Shown piece by piece: positions 29,001 through 38,700 of a stretch of 64,000 nt of DNA; within the stretch, counting starts at the first letter, position 1; the number at the start of each line of letters is the position of its first letter. The notes under the pieces are model-generated. The model ran no database searches, was not told where the DNA came from, and saw only the letters and a program-made list of their open reading frames with translations. The stretch covers positions 166,191 through 230,190 of the forward strand of contig JBMNOP010000003.1 in assembly GCA_050943135.1 (NCBI GenBank), written 5' to 3'. The translations under genes and the position numbers were made by a program. The DNA comes from Thermoguttaceae bacterium. GTDB taxonomy: Bacteria > Planctomycetota > Planctomycetia > Pirellulales > Thermoguttaceae.

Positions 29001-29701
29001 TTATGGACGTTGACCGTACCGAAGTTGCGAAAGATGCCGGCCCCGGAATAGAAGTCGGTCAGGGCGGCGCCCCCTTCGGTTTGCCCGAAATCGATCACGC
29101 TCCCTTCCAGGAGAACGAGCCCTTTGTAGCCGGAAGAACCGGTGCCGTTATTGACCAGTTGGGCGCCGGGAGCGATTGTCAGGGTGCCGAGCCCCTTTTG
29201 CCCCGAATCGACATACCCGACGGCCAACGAACCGCCGGAACCGATTTCGACCGAAGCGCCGGAGAGCGCGGTCAGCTTCGAGACGTTTTCGGCGCCCCAG
29301 GGTCCCATAACGTAGAGTGAACCGATGCCGGAAGGCCCTGCCTCGTTCCGTCCGACCCGCAACGTCGCGCCGGAGTTGATCTGCATCGTAACGGCTTCGG
29401 CGGGATTGAGCGAGGTTGAATCGGCGGTCAATTTTCCGATGACCGCGTCGACCCCGTTCGAGATGTTGACCGTCTGGCTCAGCGGTGAACCGTAAAGGCC
29501 GTAATTGTAGTTGGCATCGGAAAGATTGTTTGTTCCGATGAAAGAGGTCACGTCTCGGTTGCGAGCGACAGGGTCGGCGGCACGGGCTTCGCCGGTAATG
29601 AAGCCGGTCCCCTGAAACAGGAGGATGCCGCCGACAAAGAGACCGGATAACATTTGGGTGAAGCGATCTCTTTTACTGATACGTTCAACTCTTTTTTTCA
29701 T
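26078..29701 (-). CDS. Autotransporter (type Va) outer-membrane protein, 1207 aa, beta-helical passenger
   Basis: ATG at 29701 follows an AAGGAA ribosome-binding site. Signal peptide MKKRVERISKRDRFTQMLSGLFVGGILLF. The passenger domain has Gly/Thr/Asn-rich repeats. The C-terminal 280 aa have alternating hydrophobic beta-strand character and end in ...VAMSYTF (a terminal aromatic), typical of the autotransporter beta-barrel domain. Confidence 0.7.
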   Translation of the reverse strand: MKKRVERISKRDRFTQMLSGLFVGGILLFQGTGFITGEARAADPVARNRDVTSFIGTNNLSDANYNYGLYGSPLSQTVNISNGVDAVIGKLTADSTSLNPAEAVTMQINSGATLRVGRNEAGPSGIGSLYVMGPWGAENVSKLTALSGASVEIGSGGSLAVGYVDSGQKGLGTLTIAPGAQLVNNGTGSSGYKGLVLLEGSVIDFGQTEGGAALTDFYSGAGIFRNFGTVNVHNGASGSDAFIVSDYIDSDSTYGHGTLHVSGDALLGSSALSVFGTVKVGGNLDISSGSSEAVWGAVGTVQVDGLTSVYNDNSTTGSDLTVRSAASTVGGLWVKRFSDSFGTATGGALTLGTSSDKTAVSVLNVSGLDSKFHADGTRSAGGLYDLRLDDTLKNYGKINLDDKQGSGILFTGASSYTDTFGDEVEGVVGFNNESVGTIDADGDLRLYGVDRNREVSGHSALAMSNKGTINVAGDFDIDSDSEVEFTNTGKVTTKSMTVAGDLTVTNATGGTFTADEVTLDGGRLANAGTYTFNTLTLTDGTMSGTYTGSDSQEEESTIHPTVAVNGMIALDGTTEFAKGSSEHPTTLIINGTGGFQGGGHELSFGNTAVKNNGNLTAAALSADRVNFKSGASYEYNGTGTNLFGSDTTFASGATLVVDADNPLDVAAGKTLKMGATDSYSTIVFDIDGAEGETPLITLLPAGGTSAAAEIHGNIEIEDTYKSYTPGKREITLIKTSNDQSIYDIDAITVSGGASNNTLFTTRQGRVSDDKTSYLLGITNKGFSDFAETVNQRSVANGIDTLLRNPESISDELGDFITRVMDLESGTDPRTVGRVLDALSGANRANALMLAMTDPWRYSFDQLGWQTHRAYTPECTTCGSVFRGQMEYSGGEYYDDGMVYVDDGYPIGSVFGYNAMAPNSVWAAAHTMSFNARDDDNCDKYGITNTGISLGYDALNAPDAVLGLAFDYSQPYLYSSWEDVSQHIDQSNFNLGLYGRRDYWNGVSLTGYVGFGLQHMNSKRNVRMGGIDPDLEIADRLGAGNWYRSSNNGQSLAAAVKIARDMQMYNWCVFRPLVQFDTQQVWLEEAGEYGNAIALNYNKTDWNRTFVRAGFETEKNTQFVRLTSKFLYARQIAGDSFPEMTAYFAGDATGTSMTIYGVDLGKDYLDAGIGALGYLDCDYRWALSGNYDFVASEQSTAHVGTVAMSYTF

Positions 29702-30071
29702 TGTTCCTTCCTTGTTCGAACAGAGGACGTTGTCGGCACAAATCGAATGATTGACGACCTTTGCTTTCAAGTCCAATTCCCTCGTATCCTGAAATTCCTA
29801 AACCTAAATTTTCTACTCCCTTAATCTTCTATATCGGAGCAGATCGCCGGAATATTTGATAAAACCGTTAAATTTCTCTTAATTTTTCGTTTTTATCAAT
29901 CCGTTAAAGTTTAACATTTCGGGGAAAAGGGATTAAAACAACGATCCGGAGGAAGAAAAAGAGTAGCGCGGTCGCGCCCGGGTGGCCGGAGAGCGCAAAA
30001 AGGAACGCCGTTTTAAGTCGGGAAGGAAAAAATGGCTCTCTCTTTCGAAAAACAAGGGGGTATCGAGCCGG

Positions 30072-30815
30072 TCAATCGGCAAGCGTCTTTTTCATGGCGA
30101 GGAGTTTCGAGTCGGCACGACTCAGGGCGCTCGGGAGCGAGTCGCTGCCGCTGACACGCGTGATTCCGTAACTGAATCCGAGCGTGATCCGTTCGTTTTC
30201 CGGCTCGGAATCGGGGTAGGAGACTTCGATGTACTGGGCGGCAAGGCGTTTTTGGAACTGCTGTACCCGCTTTTCCACGATCTCCGGAGGACAATCGCAG
30301 AGAATCACGAACTCGTCGCCCCCGTAACGGGCCACGCAGTCTTCGGAGCGAAACGTATTTTTCAGAAGTGCTGCGAATTGCAGAAGAACCTGGTCCCCGA
30401 CCAGATGCCCATACTGTTCGTTGATCGGCTTAAACCGGTTCAAGTCGATGAACAGGAGGGTCAGATCGCTGTCGGCGGGACAACCGTTGTTTCGTTGGGC
30501 GAATTCCCGTTCGAGGCGGGCGCGCCCGAGCGTGCCGGTCAGGTAATCACGGTCTGCCCCCCTTCCCTTCTTCTCGCGAAGGATGTATCCGAGAAGATCC
30601 CCCGCCGGATTGTGAACCGGAGACATTTCGGCATTGGTCAGAGAGACCTGTTCGGCCGAAAAGTTTTTCCTGAACAGGATAGGATGCCGCTTCCGGTCGA
30701 GAAATGCGATGATCCCCCCCGAGACATCAAGAACAGCCTTTAAAAAAGAGAGGGCGTCTTCGCCGCTCATTCGGCAATCCTCGGTAACCGAAACTTCTTT
30801 CAGCAGGTCCGTCAT
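30072..30815 (-). CDS. GGDEF-domain diguanylate cyclase with a short N-terminal sensory region
   Basis: Active site RYGGDEF. An RSED I-site lies 5 residues upstream of GGDEF. DxLTGL-like block (DYLTGT). Confidence 0.85.
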   Translation of the reverse strand: MTDLLKEVSVTEDCRMSGEDALSFLKAVLDVSGGIIAFLDRKRHPILFRKNFSAEQVSLTNAEMSPVHNPAGDLLGYILREKKGRGADRDYLTGTLGRARLEREFAQRNNGCPADSDLTLLFIDLNRFKPINEQYGHLVGDQVLLQFAALLKNTFRSEDCVARYGGDEFVILCDCPPEIVEKRVQQFQKRLAAQYIEVSYPDSEPENERITLGFSYGITRVSGSDSLPSALSRADSKLLAMKKTLAD

Positions 30816-31138
30816 TCTTCTCTCCGTTCAGTAAAGCGAAAGCCGTGTTCTTAACGATGTTTTACAAAATCCTTGTTACACAAACCAGATCAGCGCCAGC
30901 ACAGTACTTCCTAATTAAACCGAAATCAGAACAAGAATCAAGAATCCAAAACAAAAAATTCTTTTTTTTCTTGAACCGAAGCGAAAAGAAGTTAAAATAA
31001 ACAGAATAAATAACAAAAGTCAAATAGGGTGTGTCGGAAATCCTTTGTGCCGGGGAAATCATGCCGGCCCCATGACCGTTATTCCGGAAACGCCGGCTCT
31101 GCCGTCGTTTGCAAATTCAAGATCGAGAGGGGTCACAG

Positions 31139-32863
31139 ATGTCTTTTTCACAGGTCTTTGATCAGACCGCGGGAAACTATATCGCTATCGCGGCGATCCT
31201 TGCCACCTTTATCTTCGTTTCCATCATCGTCTTCTTTGTCAAGCGGTATCAGCGATGTCCGAGTAACAAGATCATGGTGATCTACGGACGTTCGGCCAGC
31301 GGAAAGACGGCCCAGTGTATCCACGGCGGGGCGAAGTTTATCATCCCGGTTCTCCAAGATTACGCCTTCCTGAATCTGGAACCGATGCAGATCGAAATCC
31401 CGCTCCGCGGCGCGCTTTCGATGGAAAATATTCGGGTCAATGTGCCGAGCGTCTTTTCGATTGCGATCGGTACCACACCGGAACTGATGCAGAACGCGGC
31501 GATTCGTCTCCTCGGTCTCCCCAAAGCCGCCATCGCCAAACAGGCCGAAGATATCATCTTCGGACAGTTGCGCCAGGTGATCGCCTCGATGAAGATCGAA
31601 GAGATCAACCGGGACCGCGAAGCCTTCCTGATGAATATCCAAACTTCGCTCGAACCGGAACTGCGGAAACTCGGGTTGGTCCTGATCAATGTCAATGTCA
31701 CCGATATCACCGATGAATCGGGATATATCGAGGCGATCGGGCAGAAGGCTGCTTCCGAAGCCATTCAAAAGGCGCGCGGCGATGTCGCCGACAACGAGCG
31801 GATGGGGGAAATCCGGGTCGCCGAAGCTGAACAGCAGCGGGAGATCCAGGTTGCCAACGCCCAAAAGCTCAAGATGATCGGAACCCGCGAAGCCGAACGG
31901 GAACAGGTCGTCCGAACCTCGGAAATCAATCAGGAACAGGCGGTACGTATTGCCGAACTCGAAAAGATCCGGATTGTTGGGGAAAAGTCGGCCGCGTTCC
32001 TCAAAGAGTCCGAGGTCAAGCAGGCGGAACGGGACATGCGTATCAAATTGGCCGACGCCGACGCTTCGGCCATCGAGGGCGAAAATAAGGCCAAGGCGGT
32101 CATCGCCAATTCCGACGCCGAACTGAAGGTGAGAGAAGCCGAAGCCTTCCAGCTCGGGGAAACCCGTAAACGTCAGGCCGAAGCGCTCGTGCTCGAAGCC
32201 GAGCATAAGGCGCAAACCCAGGCAGCCCTTGCCGAGGCCGCACGCGTCGAGGCCGAGCGGCGTGCCGAGCTGGAAGCTCCGGCGCGCGCCGAAAAGGCAA
32301 AAATCATCGTCGAGGCCGAAGCCGTGGCCGAACAGAAACGTATCGAGGCCGAAGGGGAAGCCAGGGCAATTTACGCCCGCCTCGAAGCCGAAGCCCGCGG
32401 TCAGTATGAGATCCTCGCGAAGAAGGGGGAAGGTCTCCGCGAGATCATCAACGCCTGCGGCGGCGCCAAAGAGGCGTTTCAGATGATGATGCTCGATCAC
32501 TTCGACGAACTGGTCAATGCCAGCGGCAAAGCGATTTCCGGGATCAAGTTCGATAAGGTGGTCGTTTGGGACGGTGCGGGCGGTTCGGACGGGAAAACCG
32601 CGACCGCGAACTGGCTTCATCAGATGTCGAAAACCCTCCCCCCGATGCTCGAGGTGATGAAAGAGATCGGCGGCATCGAATTTCCCGATGTTCTCAGTAA
32701 AATCAAGACCGAACGCGAGACGCCGCAAAGCGCGAGCCCTTCCCCGGCAACGTCTGATCCGGTCGCGGAACCGGCGCTTTCCGAACCGGTTCCGGAGACA
32801 ACGCTCCCCGAACCGGCACCCGAGTCGAACGATACGCCGAGCGATACACCGGAAGAAGGATAA
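31139..32863 (+). CDS. Flotillin-like SPFH/Band-7 protein
   Basis: An N-terminal transmembrane segment is followed by an SPFH core. A long Ala/Glu-rich coiled coil (AEAEQQREIQVANAQKL..., EA repeats) follows. The tail is Pro/Ser/Thr/Glu-rich and low-complexity. GAGAGGGG ribosome-binding site. Confidence 0.8.
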   Translation: MSFSQVFDQTAGNYIAIAAILATFIFVSIIVFFVKRYQRCPSNKIMVIYGRSASGKTAQCIHGGAKFIIPVLQDYAFLNLEPMQIEIPLRGALSMENIRVNVPSVFSIAIGTTPELMQNAAIRLLGLPKAAIAKQAEDIIFGQLRQVIASMKIEEINRDREAFLMNIQTSLEPELRKLGLVLINVNVTDITDESGYIEAIGQKAASEAIQKARGDVADNERMGEIRVAEAEQQREIQVANAQKLKMIGTREAEREQVVRTSEINQEQAVRIAELEKIRIVGEKSAAFLKESEVKQAERDMRIKLADADASAIEGENKAKAVIANSDAELKVREAEAFQLGETRKRQAEALVLEAEHKAQTQAALAEAARVEAERRAELEAPARAEKAKIIVEAEAVAEQKRIEAEGEARAIYARLEAEARGQYEILAKKGEGLREIINACGGAKEAFQMMMLDHFDELVNASGKAISGIKFDKVVVWDGAGGSDGKTATANWLHQMSKTLPPMLEVMKEIGGIEFPDVLSKIKTERETPQSASPSPATSDPVAEPALSEPVPETTLPEPAPESNDTPSDTPEEG

Positions 32864-32962
32864 GCCGACGAAAGCGACTCACGGCGCGAATTGTCAACCG
32901 CGGGGGAATCGGACCTCTGGGCCCGATTCCCCCGCGCTCTGTCAAGATATACGCCGTGACCG

Positions 32963-33583
32963 TTACCTGATAAAATTCGTGGATGTAACCTCTTCCTTTT
33001 CCGGAAGGGGAATCTTCGACTGATCGAGCGTTTTGAGCAGGTAGGCCATGTTCCGGGCCAGGGTACGCATCGTCTGCAACCCTTCGAGGTCTTGGGCCAC
33101 TTCTTCGGGATCGAATCCGTGGGTGGAATTCCAATATTGAGAGGAAACGACCGGCATCTGAAGGATCGTAAAATACTTGTTCAGACGGTCGAACGTCGCG
33201 CTGGCTCCGCCGCGGCGACAATTGACGACACACGCCGCGGGTTTGTGTGCCAAGAATTCCCCGGCCGAGAAGAAGATTCGGTCGAGGATCGCACAAAGCG
33301 AGCCGGGAGGCCCGGCATAATAGACCGGCGCACCGATGATGATACCGTCGCAGGCCTTGATTTTTTCTCGAAGGGTCAGGTAGAGCTCGTCCTGAAACAG
33401 ACAACCCCGCGCCCCCTCTTGGCGACAAGAGAAACAACCGGTACACCCTTGGATCGGTCCGGAACCGATATGAAAAATTTCGGCCGAGACGTCGCAGGCG
33501 CGAAGCGTTTTCGAGACTTCGGAAAGGGCGGTAAAGACCGCTCCGTTTTGGTGAGGACTTCCGTTCACGAGGAGGACATTCAT
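32963..33583 (-). CDS. NADPH-dependent FMN reductase / iron-sulfur flavoprotein-like flavodoxin-fold protein
   Basis: The N-terminal MNVLLVNGSPHQNG phosphate-binding loop, four clustered Cys (CTGCFSC) and the GAPVYY motif are typical of this family. Confidence 0.65.
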   Translation of the reverse strand: MNVLLVNGSPHQNGAVFTALSEVSKTLRACDVSAEIFHIGSGPIQGCTGCFSCRQEGARGCLFQDELYLTLREKIKACDGIIIGAPVYYAGPPGSLCAILDRIFFSAGEFLAHKPAACVVNCRRGGASATFDRLNKYFTILQMPVVSSQYWNSTHGFDPEEVAQDLEGLQTMRTLARNMAYLLKTLDQSKIPLPEKEEVTSTNFIR

Positions 33584-33596
33584 TCTCTTTTTCCTT

Positions 33597-35477
33597 TCAT
33601 TGCGATTCTTTCGGTGTATTGTTAAGAAACTCGAACATTTTCGGAAGTGCCGAACGGAAGAAGACCCAGTTGTGTTCCCCTTCGCGAACCCGCAGGTCGA
33701 CCGAAAAACCGCGCTCTTTCATCAGGTTGTACAGGAGCCTGTTGCCGCGGAGCAGGATGTCTCGGTCACCGCAGTCGAGGTAGAAACGGGTGTTCCGCTT
33801 GTATTCGTCGGGAAACCAACGGGCGAGACGAAAGATGTTGGTCTCTTCGGCATACTCGGCGGAAGTTATCCCCTGATCGCCCTTCTTCCCGGATGTTCGG
33901 ACCTCTTTTCCCACGGCGGCGCTGATCGCGTAGCACGACGAAAAAAGTTCCGGATGACGAAGTGTCCAAAGAAGAGAACCGTACCCCCCCATCGACAGGC
34001 CGGCGACTGCCCAGTTTTCCCGTCCGGGAGCGGTACGGAACCTCTTTTCGATTTCCGGAATCAGTTCCCGAAGCATAAAGTCTTCGTAGCGCTCCCCCCC
34101 GTCGGGATTGTTGCGATACCAAGTCAGTTCGGCATCGGGACAGACGATGATTCGTTTCGCTTCGGGGCATCTCGAAAAGGATTGATCGGCATATTCCCTG
34201 AGCTGCCCCTGCTGAGGATTGATCCAAGTGGTGTGGTCGTCGGACGCGCCATGAAGCAGGTAGAGCGTCTTCCAGGGGCCGCCGAAGGTCAGGTAGTTCT
34301 TCGGCAGGTAGACGGTGTAACTGACCTCCCGGCCGAGAACCTCGCTTTGAATTTTTTGGTCTTCGAGAAGATGACTCGGCGAGGCCCCCGGTTTCGCGAC
34401 CAGGGACGACGTGATCCTTTGGAGGTTCTCTTGCGCCTCGGGATTTTCATCGATCGGCCCGTCCGAGAGCACGGCGGGTAAGAGATGTTTCCAGTAGAGG
34501 TTCAGGATCGGCTGGTAGTCGTTGCAGTCGGCGGTCGAGGCGATCACCATCTCTTTGTCGGGGATCATCACGCAGAACTGGCAGTACATTCCGTCACCGC
34601 GGTAAATGTTATGACGGCATCGCCAAAATTGAAAGCCGTATCCCTGGCACCAGTCGTTCTCGGGATCGTCGCCGTTCGAAACCTGCTTTTGGGTCGCCTG
34701 CTCAAACCACTCTTTCGGCAAGAGCTGTTTGCCGCCCCACTGGCCCTGATCGAGGACGAACTGCCCGAATTTCGCGATATCTTCGGTATACATGAAGAGA
34801 CCTTGGCCCCCGAGATTAACCCCGTCGGGCGAAGTTTCCCAGTAGGGACGCTTGATCCCGAGCGGTTCGAAAAGACGGGGGGTCAGCCAGTCGAGCGCTG
34901 TCTGGCCGGTCGCTTTCTGCAAAATGGCCGAAAGCATGTGACTGCCGGGGGTGTTGTACAGGAAATGGCTTCCCGGCGCGTGCGGGACCGGATGCGCCAG
35001 GAACGCTTTGGTCCAGGTCCCTTCCCGGGGCCGCTCGACCTCATCGTCGTGCCCGCACGACATGGTCAGCAGAGAGCGGACCGTCATATTTTTCAGGTTC
35101 TCGGAAGCGTCTGCCGGAACCTCGTCCGGAAAATAGTCGATCACCTTGTCGTCGAGCGAAAGTTTTCCCTCGTTTACGGCAAAACCGATGGCGGTCGAAG
35201 TAAAACTCTTCGTGAGCGAATAAAGAACGTGCGTCGTTTCGGCGGTGTGCGGCGCCCACCAACATTCGGCGATGACCTTCCCGTGACGAAGGATCATCAG
35301 GCTGTTCATCGCGTCGAAGTTCTGGTCAAGTTCGGTAATGAGTGCCGCGATCGACTCGGTCGCAACGCCTTCGGCTTCCGGCTTCGAACGGGGAAGCGGC
35401 CCCCGGGCATCTTGCGCAAAGACCGTAACCGACACCAGAAAAAAGAACAAAGAAAAGAAAGAACCGCATCGACTCAT
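33597..35477 (-). CDS. Secreted bifunctional serine hydrolase: N-terminal beta-lactamase-fold (SxxK) domain fused to C-terminal esterase (alpha/beta-hydrolase, esterase D/CE1-like)
   Basis: Signal peptide MSRCGSFFSLFFFLVSVTVFA. YSLTKSF is the S-x-x-K motif. The C-terminal half contains ...LHGASDD...AGLSMGG... (a GxSxG nucleophile elbow). Confidence 0.7.
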   Translation of the reverse strand: MSRCGSFFSLFFFLVSVTVFAQDARGPLPRSKPEAEGVATESIAALITELDQNFDAMNSLMILRHGKVIAECWWAPHTAETTHVLYSLTKSFTSTAIGFAVNEGKLSLDDKVIDYFPDEVPADASENLKNMTVRSLLTMSCGHDDEVERPREGTWTKAFLAHPVPHAPGSHFLYNTPGSHMLSAILQKATGQTALDWLTPRLFEPLGIKRPYWETSPDGVNLGGQGLFMYTEDIAKFGQFVLDQGQWGGKQLLPKEWFEQATQKQVSNGDDPENDWCQGYGFQFWRCRHNIYRGDGMYCQFCVMIPDKEMVIASTADCNDYQPILNLYWKHLLPAVLSDGPIDENPEAQENLQRITSSLVAKPGASPSHLLEDQKIQSEVLGREVSYTVYLPKNYLTFGGPWKTLYLLHGASDDHTTWINPQQGQLREYADQSFSRCPEAKRIIVCPDAELTWYRNNPDGGERYEDFMLRELIPEIEKRFRTAPGRENWAVAGLSMGGYGSLLWTLRHPELFSSCYAISAAVGKEVRTSGKKGDQGITSAEYAEETNIFRLARWFPDEYKRNTRFYLDCGDRDILLRGNRLLYNLMKERGFSVDLRVREGEHNWVFFRSALPKMFEFLNNTPKESQ

Positions 35478-35705
35478 CGTACACCCCGCCATATTATCTG
35501 TTTCGTGGAAAAATTTTCATTAAAACCGACCAATTTCACCCTTCCATTCTAAAGAAAAAGGCTCCCCGAAACAAGGGCCACGATCGGCACGATAACCTTG
35601 GCACCCCTTCGCAAAGAGACTTGAAAAAACGGGGTCTGCTGGCATAATAAGGTTCGGTGTCGTTTCCCAACGCTTTTTCAAAAGAATCGAGGATCCGGAG
35701 TTTCG

Positions 35706-38700
35706 ATGAGTCTGCCTAAACCGATACAAACCCGCCTTTCGTCCTTCCTGGGACGTTCTCCTCTGAAAAAGCGCTCTCCGCGCAGCGGGCGGCGCATGAA
35801 CGTCGAACAGCTCGAAGAGAGGCATCTTCTGGCGGTGGCCGCCGGTGCGTTTTCGCCGGAGATTCCCGCGCTCTTCGATTCAACGATGGTAACCGCTGCC
35901 GAGGTCATGGCGACGCAACAGGCGATCGACCCCGTGGCGCTGAACAGCAAAGTCGATTCCCTCTACGCCATTCACCTTGATTTCGACGGGCACACCACCT
36001 CGAACACCAATTGGAATCGCGTCTATACCGACGGCGCCGACATCGTCAGCCCACGTTTTACCCTCGACGGTGACACGTCCAAAACGTCTTTTACCGCTGC
36101 CGAAACCGCCGCCATCTACGAGATCTGGCTTCGGGTCGCCGAAGACTTCATGCCGTTCGACGTCAATGTGACGACGGTCGAACCGGCCGCGGAGGTTTTT
36201 GAGGCCGGGCGCGCACAACGTGTCGTCATCGGGGGGTCTTGCTATGATTGGTACCAAGGGGCGGCGGCGGGGATCTCCTGGCTCGGTTCGTTCAGTAAAA
36301 ACCAGGATGTGCCAAACTTCGTCTTTTCCGAAGTCCTCTACGGAAGCCTCAAGTATATCGCCGAGACGGTCACTCACGAGATGGGGCACGCCCTCGGGCT
36401 CAATCATAAAGGGAATTCCCAGGTCCCCGGTCAGTCCGAATACTACCAGGGAACCAACGGCTGGGCCCCGATCATGGGGACGGCCTATTATCAGGAACTC
36501 ACCCAGTGGAGCAAAGGGGAATATTACGGTGCAAACAGTACCGTCGACGAGCTCGCGGTGATTACCACGAATAACGGATTCGGCTATCGGGACGACGATC
36601 ACGCCGACTCGTTTGACGGGGCTACGGTCCTGACGATCACCGACGCCGCCGGAATGATTTCCGGGATCATCGAGCGGAATACCGATATTGACTGTTTCGT
36701 TTTCGAATCGGACGGCTCGCCACTCAGTTTTCTGGTCGGCGGAATCACCGGCCTGACGAACCTCGACACCCTGGTGAAAATCTATTCCGAAGATCGGCAG
36801 CTCCTGCACGTCGATGACCCGGCCGATCGCCTCGACGTGGAATTCCTTTTTACCGGAGGGGCGGGAACCTACTACATCACCGTCGAAGGGACGGGGCTCG
36901 AAACCGATTGGTCGGGGATCTATTCCGATTACGGGAGTCTCGGGGGGTACACGATCCGGGTCGGGTATCCCGAAAGTCTCGTCGTCACCACGCTCGACGA
37001 CACGATTGTTGACGACGGGGACCTCTCGCTCCGCGAGGCGATCCTTTTCGCGTTGGATCGAACCACGATCCTTTTTGACGAATCGCTCGCAGGGGGCGTG
37101 ATCACCCTCGGCGAAGGGGAAATTCAAGTCAACCGCGCTATCCGGGTCGACGCCTCGGCCATCGGAGGAATCACCATCGACGCCCAAGGGCTGTCCCGCG
37201 TTTTGGAGGTGACCGGAAGCGCCACCCTCGTTGGACTGACCGTCACCGGCGGGGCCGAAACGACCAGGGGTGCCGGGATCTACAACACGGGAAACGTCAC
37301 GCTCATCGACTGCGTCCTGAGAGAAAACATTGCCTCGGAACATGCCCACCACCTTGTCGGCGGGGGGGCGATCTACAACGACACGGGGGCAACGGCGAGC
37401 CTGATCGATTGCGAACTGACGGGGAACAAGGGGAATTTCGGCGGGGCAATCTATAACGTCGGTACGCTTCTTCTCGATCGAACCATGATTTCCGGTTCCG
37501 CCGCCTGGCAATGGAACGGCGGGGCGATTTATAACCGGGGAACCGTTCTCGGCACCGACTCTTGCTTTTCCGGAAACCAAGCGAAAGACTATTCCGGATC
37601 AATCGTCGGCGGGGGGGCGATCTACAATGCCGAAGGGGCCGAGGCTTCTTTCACGGCGACCGAGTTTCTTCAAAACATCGGAACGTTCGGCGGGGCGATC
37701 GTCAATTTCGGAACCTGCGCGCTCGATACGGTGTTGATGGACGGGAACACCATCTCGAGTTACCGTGGCGGGGCGGTCTACAATTATGCGCAACTGTCCG
37801 TAACCAACAGCACCTTTTCGGCCAACATTGCCCCGGCCGCGGAAAGCCTTCTGGTCGGCGGCGGGGCGATCTACAACGCGCAAACCGGAACCGCGACGAT
37901 CACCCAATCACTCTTCCACGACAACGCGGGGAATTTCGGCGGGGCGATTGTCAACGCCGGACAGATGACCATCACCGCCTCGACCGTGGCACGCAACTAC
38001 AGCAATACACGGGACGGGGGCGGAATCCTGAATGCCGGAACCCTGGAGATTACCAACACCCTGCTCGCCGAAAATGTTTCCAACGAGAGTCATCCCGACC
38101 TTTACGCCTACGCCGGAACCGTTACCGGTTCGTATAACCTCTCCTCGTTCGCCGACTGGGGCGAAGGGGCCGGAAACATCGTCTGGACCGGCGAGGGTCT
38201 CTTTCTCGATTCGGGGGAAAACCCGTTCACCCCGGCGCCCGGTTCGGCTGCGGTCGATGCCGGTTCAAACGCCCTGGTCCTTACCGAAACCGATCTTGCG
38301 GGGAATACCCGGATCTATAACCTTGCGGTCGATATCGGTGCGCTCGAATATTGCGGTACCGTTCCGAGAACGTTGCCGGCTCCGACCATCACCGCCGTGG
38401 TTTCGGCGGGCGGAAAGAGCCAGACGGTCCGTTGGTTACCCGTCACCGGTGCGGTAAGTTATCAGGTTTCGGTTCTCTGCGGAGGCATCACACAGACTTA
38501 CACGACGGAAGGGCTTTCGCAATGGTTCGACAACCTAACCTACGGAGCGGAGGCCGTCTACACCGTGCGGGCGATCGGGGACGGTTTGACGACCGTCGAT
38601 TCCGGGCCCTCGGAATCGTACGCCCGCTGTGTCTCTCCCTGCGATATCGACGGGGACGGGTTCATCGGACCGGGCGATTACGCGCTCTTTTCCTCGGTTT

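Noticed and set aside
37300-38100. Highly repetitive DNA (9x GGGGGGCGATCTACAAC-like units) that could be mistaken for a repeat array or CRISPR.
   Set aside because: The repeats are in-frame codons for the GGAIYN beta-helix repeats of the metzincin/Pmp-like protein. Spacing is irregular and there are no direct-repeat/spacer units.
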